Position numbers and translations under genes: made by a program. DNA of 63,770 bases, filler included, from Octopus bimaculoides (lineage: Eukaryota): assembly GCF_001194135.2 (NCBI RefSeq). It is 7 parts of 7 records of this genome, joined end to end, with 100 filler letters (N's around TTAATTAATTAA, not from the genome) between each part and the next. Parts side by side here need not be neighbours in the genome. Positions count along the whole stretch, not along the records: positions 48,093 to 51,145 come from NC_068983.1; positions 51,246 to 62,490 come from NC_068982.1; 5 more parts are not named here. One strand, 5' to 3'. Below, one piece after another: positions 48,610 through 61,404 of the stretch (position 1 is the stretch's first letter; each line of letters begins with the position of its first letter). The notes under the pieces were generated by a model that was not told the DNA's origin, searched no databases, and was given only the letters and a program-made list of their open reading frames with translations.

Positions 48610-51085
48610 GAGTGAGAGAGCAGTGCATGCCATCAAAGGGACACTGGGGTAAAATATACGAAGCCCAGTATACATGACTACGCATTTGATAAGGTTACAC
48701 CAGGAACATGCATCACAACCATATGTGCGCGACATCGTGATCTCATATTAAAATAAACAACACATGACCATGCAAGTGGGGGCCCAGTTAGAATTTTCTT
48801 CGGGATGAGTAGCCCATCCCGCTCAAAAGGTCCCTGAATAAGGGTTGTTTAGTGATGTTGAACGGAACACCTATGTTTTCAGAGGTGAGTTATCAAAACC
48901 CCAAAGAATTAAAAATTCCTTTCAACACAGGGCTAGGCTCCTCCCTCAATACTTCTGCTTGTGATCGGAGCTGCACTGTGGTGATAGTGAGTCACCCTAG
49001 AAAAGGCCACATGAAATACTTTCATCACCAGCATTTAGATATTCATTGTCACGGTTCAAAATTTGTGTGGTTCTCCATGATCTCATGCTTACAGACAAAA
49101 AGTTTCGCAGAGTATTTCCAGACATTTCTTAATCCAGTTATGTGGTAGTCTTTCAAAAGCTTTTTTTTTTTTATATATCATCATATTGATGAGTAGCTGA
49201 TCTTTACAACCAAAAGATCCACGTTTACATCCCTTTTGCTCATTAGGGAATATGCTGTTTTCTATTAAAACACTATAGGTGTACTCGGTTAGGACGGATG
49301 TTAGCGTTTTATACATTGTAGTTAAGCCGGTTAGGAGTCGATAATTTTTTGGTTCATTTGTTACTTCATATTTTGGAAGTAGGAATGTTAAACCATTAAC
49401 AAGCCAAGAGGGAATCATACTAGGATGCTGCAAAACATCGTTGTAAAGTTTTGTTAGCAGTTCATGGCTCTCTGGGGAGGCATTCAACCAGAAGTTAGGA
49501 ATTTTATCCTTTCCTGGAGACTTCCATTTGCTTGACCTCCCGAGAGTAGCTCTTATATCTTCTACCTTGACACCCTCGCACTTTTACCCCTCTAAGGTGT
49601 CTAAGTCTGTAGATATTCTATCAATCCAAGGAGCCTTTTCATTGTGTTTTTTTTTTTCTGCCAAAATTTTATTTCAAAATTCCTTCACTTCTTCTTTTGA
49701 TGGGATAGACTTTATTGTTACTGGTGTTTTCCCTATCTTCCTGTATAAATTTTTGGGGTTATTTTTGAACATGTTATTATCTCTGAAGAATCTAACACGC
49801 TTTTCATACCTTGCTATACGAGCAGCTTTAGTACATACCTTTTGCTTGATGGTTTCTATGGTGGCATCAATGTCAACTATGGTTTTCACATTATATTTTT
49901 TCTTTAGTTTTTGGGTCTTTGTAGGTTTGATACTCTTATTAAATTTAAGGTTTTTCAAACATTCTATGTCAGATCTAAGTAGCTTAATTTGGTGTTGAAT
50001 GCGCTCTTGCCAAGAAGGCTTTTTGTGGAAGTGTTGCCGTTTTGTAATCTTTTCACCACATAGAACTGTTGAGATTTTTGCGGATGCATAGTACAGGTGG
50101 TTGAGATCTGTAATATCAACATCATTAGCTCAAATTATATCCTTAAGTGCAAGGCGGATTTTACCAATTATTTTCATGCTTTGGTTAGAATTGCGGATTT
50201 TTGGGAGAGTGTCGCGTTCATTCATACTGGTTTCTTTAATTTCAGCCATTCAATCATGATTTGATTTTTTTAGATCATGTAGTTCAGTTGGGTCAATTTC
50301 TGTGTGACTTTCTTCATGTATTTGATTTTCATCTGCCTTAGTGTTTATGGCTGATTCAGAGAGTATTTCACTTTGCCTATCAGTTACATTAACTCTTTCA
50401 ATCATTACTGCATTTTCATCAGCCCTGGGCTGGTCTATAATTATTTCCTCTGTAGTGTCTTCTTTAGCTGCAGCTTCGTTCTTTGTATCCCTTACTGCTT
50501 GTTTAATTTGGCCAATCTCTACTTCAGTCAGTAATATTTTTTTTCATGATATTTCTTCTGACGTTGGCAAGTTTGTTACTGTCTATGTAGGTTATAGTTC
50601 AAAGTGTTTCTGTCTCCAGTTTAAGTAGGTTTTTACAGAGTAGATTTATTTGTTGGGAAATATATGACATGGTAGAAAGCCGTAAGAACTTCTTTATTAC
50701 CTTCCCTAGATCATTTTTCATTCTGTCTTTTGGTTGTTTGATGACGAGCATGGATGGTCATCTGTTGGAATATTCTGGTTGTGGGGTACTTCCAGCTCAT
50801 GTGTGTCGGGTAGATTTAAACCAGTAGATTTAAACCGTATCGAATCTGGTTCGTCATTCATTATTATTATTATTATTATTATTTTATGTTTGACTTTTGT
50901 TTTGCATTTGTACAAGTTGGATCCAAGTCTCACCCAGAGACCTCAAGAGACAACAAGTTAGAAGTTCATGTAGGTGTTATGCCTAGGGTACCATATATTT
51001 GGATTTGTACAGTTTTGTTCAAATGAATGTTTAAGAAACCATAAGAAAATTACGTGTTTGCTTTAAAATTTGAGATCACATAGAC

Positions 51086-51086
<1 letters not shown>
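48093..51086 (-). mobile_element. R4/Dong-clade retrotransposon, 5' ~3 kb (5' UTR, N-terminal region, RT); 3' end lost in gap
   Basis: KFGLEKCAK...YKYLGVNE...NAKNKIMGINTLAVPV; PKNYR...TMYKTLTS...PNEQKGCKRGSFGCKDQLLIN; WKSPGKDKIPNFWL; RIARYEKR...NNMFKNNPKNLYR. The 5' end abuts (TAA)n at 51087-51145. Confidence 0.92.
48610..48990. mobile_element. Unclassified interspersed repeat inserted into the Dong RT region, next to a (TTA)n run
   Basis: Non-coding block gagtgagagagcagtgcatgccatcaaag...gctcaaaaggtccctgaataaggg interrupts RT-like frames; (TTA)n at 48560-48609. Confidence 0.5.
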
Positions 51087-51145
<59 letters not shown>

Positions 51146-51245
51146 NNNNNNNNNNNNNNNNNNNNNNNNNNNNNNNNNNNNNNNNNNNNTTAATTAATTA
51201 ANNNNNNNNNNNNNNNNNNNNNNNNNNNNNNNNNNNNNNNNNNNN

Positions 51246-51597
51246 TGTCAAAAACGACCACAAGTAGTGTAGGGAGTTTGCAGCTGATCATACAGAAATT
51301 CATGACGAAGAAAGAAGTGGGTGACCATTAATTTCCAACAAGACAGTCGTGAAAGTTGAGCAAATCCTGCATGAAAATCAATGGATCTCATCTCTCTAAA
51401 TGACCTCTGCATTTTGGTTCCTGAAGTCTCCCAAAGCACCATTCATAGGGTTTTGAGTGAAAAGTTGCAATATTGGAAGGTGTGTGCCAGATGGGTCCCA
51501 TGAATGCTCACAGAAGACCATAAACAGCAACCCACCTTATAGCCCAGACTTGGCACACAGTTACTACCACCTGTTCCCACAGTTGAAAGAACATTTG
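51246..51597 (+). repeat. 352-bp inverted copy of part of the adjacent deleted mariner (arm 1; arm 2 is 52393-52744)
   Basis: The ORF track gives identical peptides on opposite strands (51248-51442 minus equals 52548-52742 plus). No mismatch seen by eye. Confidence 0.92.
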
Positions 51598-51729
51598 AAA
51601 GGATTCAGTATAGTTGAAAGGATTCAGTATAGTTCCCACTACCATATTTCATTTTCAAGGTATTTTGTCAGCTCTAGGCTATGGCACAAGACACTTCCCT
51701 CAGGTGTTAAATATTAACTGACATGCCTC

Positions 51730-52001
51730 TGGTTACAACAACCTGCTCATGAAATTAATGTGCAAGCGGCAGAGTACTCCATAAACATGTGTACCCTTTA
51801 TGTAGTTCTCAGGGAGATTCAGCAGCATGGCATTGAATGTGATGAGGCTGACCCTTTGAATCACAGGTACACCAGTTAAGTAGACTGGAGCATTGTGAAA
51901 TAAAGTGTCTTGCTCAAGGATACATGGCACTGTTAGGTATTGAACTCACAACCTTCTGCTCTTGAGCTGAATATCCTAACCACTTGGCCATGTGCCTTCA
52001 T
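51730..52001 (-). mobile_element. tRNA-derived SINE (GTGAAGG-head family)
   Basis: The reverse complement starts gaaggcacatggccaagtggttagg...gagttcaatacc and is homologous to 5735-6070. Confidence 0.75.
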
Positions 52002-52135
52002 TCGCTACACATTAGGATTGAACTGGAAGACATGATTGCAAAATAGGCTTCTTAATGACACAGCCATATTATACTCATTTTAAATTCTGTTTAAATCCAT
52101 CTGGTATTTGACTGGCATATATTTTGTTGATGTTA

Positions 52136-53030
52136 CTAGGGTAATCCCAAAAGCAAGGTCTCCAAAAATAATTTAGAAATCACAGAAATGTTTATTGTCA
52201 GTGATGTTTACATCATTTTAAAGTTTGAACATTTATCTATTTTTCTATATAATTGCCATTTCGGTTGATGTATTTTTGTAGGTGCTGGGGCAGTTTTTGT
52301 ATGCCCATGTCATATCAGCTCACCGCCGTGTCGTTGAGGAAGCGTTGAACCTCATCTTTCACCTCATTGTCATTGCTGAAGCACGTTCCAGCCAAATGTT
52401 CTTTCAACTGTGGGAACAGGTGGTAGTAACTGTGTGCCAAGTCTGGGCTATAAGGTGGGTTGCTGTTTATGGTCTTCTGTGAGCATTCATGGGACCCATC
52501 TGGCACACACCTTCCAATATTGCAACTTTTCACTCAAAACCCTATGAATGGTGCTTTGGGAGACTTCAGGAACCAAAATGCAGAGGTCATTTAGAGAGAT
52601 GAGATCCATTGATTTTCATGCAGGATTTGCTCAACTTTCACGACTGTCTTGTTGGAAATTAATGGTCACCCACTTCTTTCTTCGTCATGAATTTCTGTAT
52701 GATCAGCTGCAAACTCCCTACACTACTTGTGGTCGTTTTTGACATCCATGCATGACTCACCATACACTTCTGTTAATTAGCGACGAATTTCAATCGGTTT
52801 TATGCCTTTTGTGTACAAAAACCCAATAACTGCGTGAACTTAACACTTGGCAGTACAGTCAATCAGGAGATCCATCAGATACAACTGCCAAGCCAAGACT
52901 GAGCATGGCAGTAAGGTGTGTGCAGGGGCAAGCGCATGCACAACAAACACAACAGTGTTACCAATAGCTGCATGCACAGTTTCCCTGCATCCCCAGCACT
53001 TTGGAGACCTTACTTTTGGGATTATCTTTG
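52136..53030 (-). mobile_element. Internally deleted mariner (895 bp) with TIRs and TA target duplication
   Basis: TA|CTAGGGTAATCCCAAAAGCAAGGTCTCC...GGAGACCTTACTTTTGGGATTATCTTTG|TA. The WVP-like region is fused directly to PPYSPDLA, so most of the catalytic domain is deleted. Confidence 0.9.
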
Positions 53031-53084
53031 TAGAAAGAACACCTGGATTTAAACTTAGAATGTAAAAGGACTTGAGTAAATTTC

Positions 53085-54245
53085 ATAAAAGCAGCTTGGA
53101 AAAGACATTTGAGAGGGTCCCATGCTCTATTGTCTGGTAAAAATAAAAACTGGGTGTAGCTGAATGTCTTTTGAGAGCTGTGCAAACTGTGTATGTGAGG
53201 GTACTGTCTGTAAGGTGTATTATCAAAATATTCGGTAAAAATTGGGTTTTTGTAAGAGCTTAGTTCCAAGCATCTTCCACTATATCATACTCCTTCAGAT
53301 CTTAACAAACGAGTTTATAAATTGGAATAATTTGACAGCTTGCTCATAGCTGAATCAGCCAAAGAATTTGAAGGAATGTTCCGTACATTGAAGTTGAACC
53401 TAAAATCAGTGGGATCTAAAAGTAAATCAGCAAAGACAAAGTTACCAGAAGAGAATACTGCAATCTGTGAATGCAGAAAAAAGGTTGAAAGGAATCTTAT
53501 ACTGTGCACCAATTGTTACAAAATGATCTCAGATGGTCTGATAAAGAAGAGAGTTTTCAAATGCCTCAAATGTACAGAAGCAGTTACCTGGAACACTCAT
53601 GAAATAATTCATTCAAATGCTTGGAATTCTTAGAAATAGTTGGATGCTTCCATTACCCATGTGACCTAATTAGCAGAGAAGTAGTGTGTCAAAATCAGAG
53701 TAGCCAAAGTAAGGACTGGTTGGGAAAAGTGTTGTTGCCCTATTGCCTCTGTTAATAGAAACAAATGGATTTTTCTCTCTGAATAACCTGGCGAGTTGGC
53801 AGAATTGTTAGCACACCAGGCAAGATGCTTAGCAGCATTTCGTCCACCTCTACATTCTAAGTTCAAATTCCACTGAAGTCAATTTTCATCCTGTCAGGGT
53901 TTATAAAATCAGTACGAGTTGAAAACTGGAGTTGATGTAATCGACTTGCTATCTCCCCTGAAATTTTTGGCCTCGTACCAAAATTTGAAACCAGTTTAAA
54001 CAAAGGGATTTTCTGACTGAACGAAGAGCATTTTGTAGGATGTTAGCTTGCTATATTGTGCGCTTGGTAGTAAAACATGAGCATTGAAAGTGAAAGATAT
54101 GTAAAGGCTGGAAAGATATGCGATGAGTAAGCTCTGCAAGGTGGTGTAATGTTAGTGTGTATAATGGGTTGAGAGAAAAACTGGGTATTAGAAGAATCAG
54201 ATATATTATGGTAGCATGCAGGAGAGAGGACTTCACTGGATGAGA
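53085..54245 (+). mobile_element. RTE-BovB-like LINE fragment, degenerate, interrupted by a CORE-type SINE (53785-54000)
   Basis: LEKTFERVP (LEKAFDRVP decay), LLIAES...KTK, CECRKKVERNLILCTNC, LREKLGIRRIRY. Confidence 0.75.
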
Positions 54246-54332
54246 GATTTAATCAATTACTTGATTTAACATAAACACCTGGCATATTGGGTACCTTTAG
54301 AAGAGTTTATATCCAGGTATCTTTTGTCTTGT

Positions 54333-54548
54333 ATCTTTTATTTGTTTTAGTCATTAGACTGCCGCCATGCTGGAGCACTGCCTTGAAGAATTGTTGCTTA
54401 ATAAATTGCCCCCCAGTACTGTTTTTATTTTTTTTTGTTTAAAGCCAGTTATATATTCTATTGGTATCTTTTGTTGAACTGCTAAGTTATGGAGACAAAA
54501 CACACCATTAGTTGTCAAGCAGTGATGGGGGACAAATGCAGAAACAAA

Positions 54549-54597
<49 letters not shown>

Positions 54598-54768
54598 ACA
54601 CAAACACACACACACAATAAGCTTCTTTCAGTTTCCATCTCCCAAATCTATTTACAAGGCTTTTGTTGGACTAAGGCTATGGTAGAAGACAGTTGCCCAA
54701 GATGTCATGCACTGAGATTGAACTCAGAACCATGTGGTTTGGAAGCAAACTTCTTATCACGCAGCCGT
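54333..54768 (-). mobile_element. Abundant tRNA-head SINE, full length, CpG-decayed
   Basis: Reverse complement of 57026-57442 with a central (CA)n. Confidence 0.85.
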
Positions 54769-54960
54769 GGGCAACAATTGTTTTTTGAGAAGCAAGTTGC
54801 ATGTAACATGGCTCCATTAACGGGTGCACTACACTACTAAAAAAAATTCATGGTAATCTTTTTTTTAGGTGTGCCATTCAGAAAGTCCCATGGGCTGCAA
54901 TTTGTCCATGACTGCTCTACTCTGGCAAGCCTTCAAATTAGATCTCTTCTTTGAGAATAC

Positions 54961-55025
54961 ATTCCGCTCTTTCTCTGACCATTCTTGAAGGCCTTGTACA
55001 AGGGTCATGCATACTACCTTCCCTT
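54961..55025 (-). CDS. Candidate upstream exon of the minus-strand gene ((E)GKVVCMTLVQGLQEWSEKERN)
   Basis: Strong acceptor ttttctttcttctattttaccaatcAG, phase 1 start. The donor AAT|GTATTC gives phase 0, compatible with 47590, but the donor choice is weak. Confidence 0.3.
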
Positions 55026-56225
55026 CTGATTGGTAAAATAGAAGAAAGAAAATGCATGTGCTCACACATGCAGGCATACATGCACAAGCTCTGTCTTTGC
55101 TTTATGTGTCCTTTAACCATTATCATCTTTACACTTGTTTTTGCTCTTCATGTTACCTCTGGCCTTACAGCTCTTACTACCCTTTTAAAAGTTTCTTGTT
55201 CCGTTTTATCTCCATTCCCAACTTACAGCTGTGGCTGCACCTATTTTTATACATTCAACTTTAAAGAAAAATTGAATAAAAAAAGAAAATAAGCCTTAAC
55301 CGAACATTCTAATTCCACTCAATTTTTTCCCCTCCATCTTCACTAATGCTATGACAAAATGATTTCTCCACTTGTTTTACACATTTATTTCCTCACCCCA
55401 CTCTCCACCGCCACCTCTCATCCTATCCTTCCTCCATCATTGTAATTAATCCACTTCAAGATTTTTATCTCATTCCTATAATTTCTAATATTCTTTCAGA
55501 AATTACCACAAGGAATTAGATTACTGGTGTTGTTAACATGTGAAATTATTCTAATCCTACTGAGCATCTGTTCTGGGAATTTGATTCTTTCAAATGGATA
55601 TTTATTTTTTTTTACTCATAATAGGATTAATTATCATCTTCGTTCCTCTCCCTTCCCCCCATCCTCGATCTCCCACCACCACTATGCTGCTATAGTTTTG
55701 CATGTCATTAACCGCAAACTGTATCCTTCTTTATAGTTTTTTTTAAAATTTTGATCTCTTTCAACTGCAGTATGTCAGAGCAACTTGTTTCTTATAAAAA
55801 AATGTACTGAGTTAATGTTTGAATTTTAATTTTTGTTTTGCTTTTGACTGTGTAGTTTAGAAGGCTTGTTTACTTTGCATCCACGTGGTTCTAGGTTCAA
55901 TCATACCATGCAACATCTTGGGCATGTGCATTCTATCAAAGCTTTGAGTTGCTCTGTATGCAAAATTTTGTATATGAAATCTACATGGAAACCTCTCAGA
56001 TATAAATACATACATATGTACACCTCTCTCTTCCTCTCTCTCTATATATATAATGTGAAGGCACATGGCTCAGTGGTTAGAGTGTTGGGCTCACTAAAAG
56101 TCAATATAGTATATAGTGTAAACATGTAGTTTAAATAGTGAAACATCGTTACTGTCTTTCTGAATCCTGCTGCATTTCACATGTTTGGTCTTCCAAAGTC
56201 ATCTTGGTGTAATAAGTCAACCTAC

Positions 56226-56271
56226 CACTTTTTGACTGTAAATTTTGGTCTGAAAATTTTAACTTGTATAC
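56226..56271 (-). CDS. Candidate upstream exon of the minus-strand gene (VYKLKFSDQNLQSKS-)
   Basis: Acceptor catcacattttcAG, donor GTG|GTAGGT, 46 nt, phase 0 to 1, compatible with the 55025 exon. Confidence 0.3.
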
Positions 56272-57025
56272 CTGAAAATGTGATGTATACAAGTAATAAT
56301 AGCCAAGCAAAATATGTTTGGCTCTGTTAATTCTTCAGACAACTAGCTGTAATCAATAATGGTTAGTAGTTTTTTTAATCTGAAGTGCAATGAGGCATGC
56401 AGATAATATTGTCTGTGCGTATAATAACAAACAATTTTATTTGCACGCCTCATTGCTCTTAGGCTATTTTACAGAGCTACACCAGTTAATATTTTTAGGC
56501 AATTACCAATAACCTGCATCATATTTTCCTCAAATATTTCACATGACATCAGGTCATGTCTATACCAGTGGTGGATCTGTGTGACATAGTATCTCGTGGG
56601 TCAGCTTTATGTTTTAGCCGCTCAACCATCATCTGGGGCCCTTGATGTGTACTACAAGCTCAAGCTAGGGTGAACCTAGAATTAATGGTGACAAATGGTT
56701 TGCTCCACATTCATGGGCTGGTGCCATGTCACTAGATGCAGGTTTGCCCTGGATATGTGAGGTAATACAATAAAAATATAACCTTTTTTTTTTCACCTTA
56801 GAGTACAATGGAAATATTCAAAGTGTAAAACAGCCTCAGCCAACCAACTGCTAGTGAAAATAAATCTGTCATCTTTTTGTTTGTCTTTGATTTTTCTTGG
56901 TTTGTGTGTTTGTCCTCCACTACCGCTTCAAAAACAGACTGATAGAATAAGTAATCTTTAACAATTTCATTGCCATATTGTTGTTGAAATTCATTGCTTT
57001 TGTTTCATTTAATTTTGAAAATAGT

Positions 57026-57191
57026 GAAGAGGAGTGGCTGTGTGGTAAGTAACTTGCTTACCAACCACATGGTTCCGGGTTCAGTCCCACTGCATAGCAC
57101 CTTGGGCAAGTGTCTTCTACTATAGCCTTGGGCCAACCAAAACCTTGTGAGTGGATTTGGTTGACGGAAACTGAAAGAAGCCCGTCGTATA

Positions 57192-57244
<53 letters not shown>

Positions 57245-57442
57245 TTGTCCCCCCAACATCGCTTGACAACCGATGCTGGTGTGTTTACGTCCCCGTAACT
57301 TAGCAGTTCGGCAAAAGAGATCAATAGAATAAGTACCAGGCTTACAAAGAATAAGTCATGGGGTCGATTTGCTCGACTAAAAGCGGTGCTCCAGCATGGC
57401 TGCAGTCAAATGACTGAAATAAGTAAAAGAGTAAAGAGAGTA
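57026..57442 (+). mobile_element. Abundant tRNA-head SINE, full length and young (CpGs retained)
   Basis: Head ggagtggctgtgtggtaag...gggttcagtccc, central (TA)n(TG)n, 3' half ...ggggtcgatttgctcgactaaa..., tail (agtaaaag)n. Confidence 0.92.
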
Positions 57443-58363
57443 ATTTAATAAAATAACTTTGTCATTAAGATGGTGTTTGGAAAATATTTTAACATGAAAT
57501 TTTGATGGAAGGTTTTCTTTCAGATCCCTTCATAACAGAAAGTTTGTAAAGTTTGTATTATAGAATCAGGTTAGTCTTGGGAGGGTTGGTATCAATAGGG
57601 TTAAGGTTAGTGGGATAGTAGGATCATTTTAGTAATTATAGAAAAGATGGACTAAACAGCAGTTTAATATCAGTGGACTAAACAGCAGTTTAATAACGTA
57701 AAATTTGGACTAAATCTTTTGAATTTCATGATTATTTTGAAAATTAATTGAAACACAGACAGAAGGTCAGTTGTGGAAGAGTGTGAAGAAGTGTTGCCAT
57801 TGAGAATTGGTACATTGAGATAAAATTTGTTGTGTGTTTGACTACAGTCACTGGCAGCAGTTAAAAAATGCTAGATATCAAAGAAAATCTACACAAAGGC
57901 ACATATACATTCCATACACATGTATATTTAGCATATGTAAGTTGTCAAATGAAACTTGGTCAGATCATGCTAAATTCTCTGGTGCCTACACGTTAGAAGT
58001 TGCAAGACAAATATTCATAATAAAACTCAGACTCTGGAGAATGATTTTGATTTGAACTGATGTTGAGGTAGTGGTGATGATGATGCAAAATGTGATTGGA
58101 GGGGGGAAGGAGAAAAAAGCAAACATCAAAATTTCATGTCATATATTTTAACTCCTTTATTGACTCTTGTGCAAATTCTATAATATACATACACGCACAT
58201 ACACACACACACACATGGTCTTGCTCACACTCATACATACACACACACACGTACACATATATGCATATATACATATATATATATCTACTTACAAATACAT
58301 ATATATAGATATTTATATATATGTATATATATATATACATGTACATGTGTGTGTGTGTGTGTG

Positions 58364-58414
<51 letters not shown>

Positions 58415-58750
58415 CGCAGGAGTGTCTGTGTGGTAAGAAGATTGCTTCGCAATCACATGGTTCCAGGTTCAGTCCCACTGCATTGCACTTCTACTATAGG
58501 CTCGGACTGACCAAAGCCTTATGAGTGCATTTGGTAGATGGAAACTGAAAGAAGCTTGTTGTATATATATATTTGTGTCTCTCTATAAATATATATGTGT
58601 GTGTGTGTGTATATGTATATGTATGTATAATTGTATATATATATATGTCTGTATATGTATGTATATGTATAAATGCATATGTATGTATATAAGTGTTTAT
58701 ATATATATGTATGTGTGTATATATATGTGTATATGTAATGTATATATATT

Positions 58751-58787
<37 letters not shown>

Positions 58788-59274
58788 NNNNNNNNNNNNN
58801 NNNNNNNNNNNNNNNNNNNNNNNNNNNNNNNNNNNNNNNNNNNNNNNNNNNNNNNNNNNNNNNNNNNNNNNNNNNNNNNNNNNNNNNCATCTGTACACTA
58901 CGTTACGGGTGCAACAAATTCCTAATAAGGGACAATGAGACTTATTTCTGAAGTTGCAGAAAATTCATTCTTGAGGTATTTGTCAGCCTGGGACTATAAT
59001 AGAAGACTCCTGTACTAAGTGAAGTAAGAGACTGGACTTGAAACCATGTGGTTGCAATTTGAGCTTCTTAACCACACAGCCATGTCTGTGCATAATAGCC
59101 ATGACTGGAGAGGAGCATAAACTACACATCACAGATTGTTGGAATTAAGTCTACCCTTGTTCTGAAATAGCTTCAAATAGTTTCATATTTATTGGCGCTA
59201 TGACTAAAAGAAAACTTGCTGACTTAAGGAGCTGTTACAACCGACACCAGTTGTCATGTGGTGATAGAGGATAA

Positions 59275-59510
59275 AGGCGGTAAGCTGGCAGAAATGTTAG
59301 CACACCGGGCAAAATGCTTAGCAGTATTTAATCTGCCGTTATGTTCTGAGTTCAAATTCTGCCAAGGTCGAGTTTGCCTTTCATCCTTTCGAGGTCAATA
59401 AATTAAATACCAGTTACGCACTGGTGTCGTTGTAATCGACTTAATCCCTTTGTCTGTCCTTGTTTGTCCCCTCTATGTTTAGTCCCTTGTGGGCAATAAA
59501 GAAATAAGAA
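59275..59510 (+). mobile_element. CORE-type tRNA SINE, full length
   Basis: ggcggtaagctggcagaaatgttagcacaccgggc...gttctgagttcaaattc...ccttgtgggcaataaagaaataaga. Confidence 0.85.
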
Positions 59511-60014
59511 AATAAGACAGAGGATAAACATGTAAGCATATATTTATCATCGTCATTATCATCATCATTGTCGTTTAATGTCCGCTTTCCATGTTGGCAT
59601 GGGCTGGATAGTTTGACTGAGAACTCTCAAGCCGGGAGGCTGCACCAGGCTCCAATCTGATTTGGCAAGATTTCTACAGTTGGATTCCCTTCCTTATGCC
59701 AACCACTCTGAGAGTGTAGTGGGTGCTTTTATGTGCTACCAGCTTGGTGCTTTTTACCTGCTACCAGCTTGGGTGCCAGTCAGGTAGCACTGGCATTGGC
59801 CATGCTTGGCATTGCAAGACTGAAATGCTGGTATAGAAATAAATATACATATGCTTATGAATGAAGTGTTTGTCGAGTGCAGAGCAGTAATAAGAAAATG
59901 AAATGACAAAAGAATAAATGATTATCTGCTTGATAGTAGAAACAACTGTAAGCTAATGTTCATAAGATAATCGTTTATTTCTTTGTCCTCTTATTTTCTT
60001 ATACACACATGCAC

Positions 60015-60057
<43 letters not shown>

Positions 60058-60839
60058 TAATGGTCTTCCAGTTTCCATCTACTAATTCCACTCACAATAC
60101 CAGAATGCTTTGGTCAATCTAGAACTATAGCAGAGAACATTTGCTCAAGGTGCCTTGCAGTCGGCTTGAACCTGAAACCATAAATAAATAATTGGGAAAT
60201 CTTATTTAGTTTGCTTTCATTAGCAGTATTAAAAAAAAAAAAAACAAGTGTATTAGATAATTTTTCCAGTTTGATTAATAGGCTGAAAAGTCAATGTATT
60301 ATAACTCGTTTTTATTAATACAAAACCTAACCAAGAATGAAAAAACAAACTCATATATCAAATACCAATTAATTACTAAGTCATATCTTACGACGTAGTT
60401 TATTTTATAGTCAATTATTGTCAGCTATTAATAGAGTTGCATTAATAAAGCATTGAACATTATTGAAAATTGGTGCAAAGAATCAACCAGATATTTTGAA
60501 TATTGCAATATTAAAAACTAATGATAAATTTAGTTCAAAGCTTTGTGTGTTGTGTGTGTAAAGAAATTCACTAGAAGTAAAAAACAAATGTCACTAGGCG
60601 TATAGTTATTCTAAGGGAACTAATGCTTTGCTGGTTTAATGGGGATTTAGTTACAAAGACAAGAAAGATCATTTGATCACTTGTATCAAGATATTTCTCT
60701 GGTTCCATGCTCAGTGTCTTCACTATGATTCAGGCAATAATATGTTTTGAAGCAAGGACACAGATATTATTGCACAACTAAACTGGGGATGTGAGAAGAT
60801 CTTGTAGGTGTGTGTAGGCTGCCTAAGCCCTCCTCCTCT

Positions 60840-61400
60840 TGATATTCTTTTATTCTTTTATTTGTTTCAGTCCGCCTTTAGTCGAGCAAATTGACCCCAG
60901 GGACTTATTCTTTGCAAGTCTAGTACTTATTCTATCGGTCTCTTTTGCCGAACCACTAAGTTACGGGGATGTAAACACATCAGCAACGGTTGTCAAGCAA
61001 TGTTGTGGGGACAAACTCAGACACAAACATATACATACATATATATGGGAGAATATACAAATAATAACAACAGACGAGGACAGGTGGTGTAAATAACAAA
61101 AGTATATATATATGTATATATATACATATATATANNNNNNNNNNNNNNNNNNNNNNNNNNNNNNNNNNNNNNNNNNNNNNNNNNNNNNNNNNNNNNNNNN
61201 NNNNNNNNNNNNNNNNNNNNNNNNNNNNNNNNNNNNNNNNNNNNNNNNNNNNNNNNNNNNTCTTTCACTTTCCATCTACTAAATCTCGACCCGAGGCTCT
61301 AGCAGAAGACACTTGCCTAAGGTACCACGCAGTGGGACTGAACCCGGAACCATGTGGTTGGTAAGCAAGCTACCTACCACACAGCCACTCCTGCACCTAT
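60840..61400 (-). mobile_element. Abundant tRNA-head SINE spanning a gap
   Basis: The 3' half is at 60840-61045 and the head at 61260-61400; both are reverse complements of 57026-57442. Confidence 0.85.
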
Positions 61401-61404
61401 GTAT

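Noticed and set aside
53045-53269. ORF 52958-53269 (minus) as a host exon
   Set aside because: The plus strand carries decayed RTE reverse-transcriptase motifs (LEKTFERVP), which explains the region.
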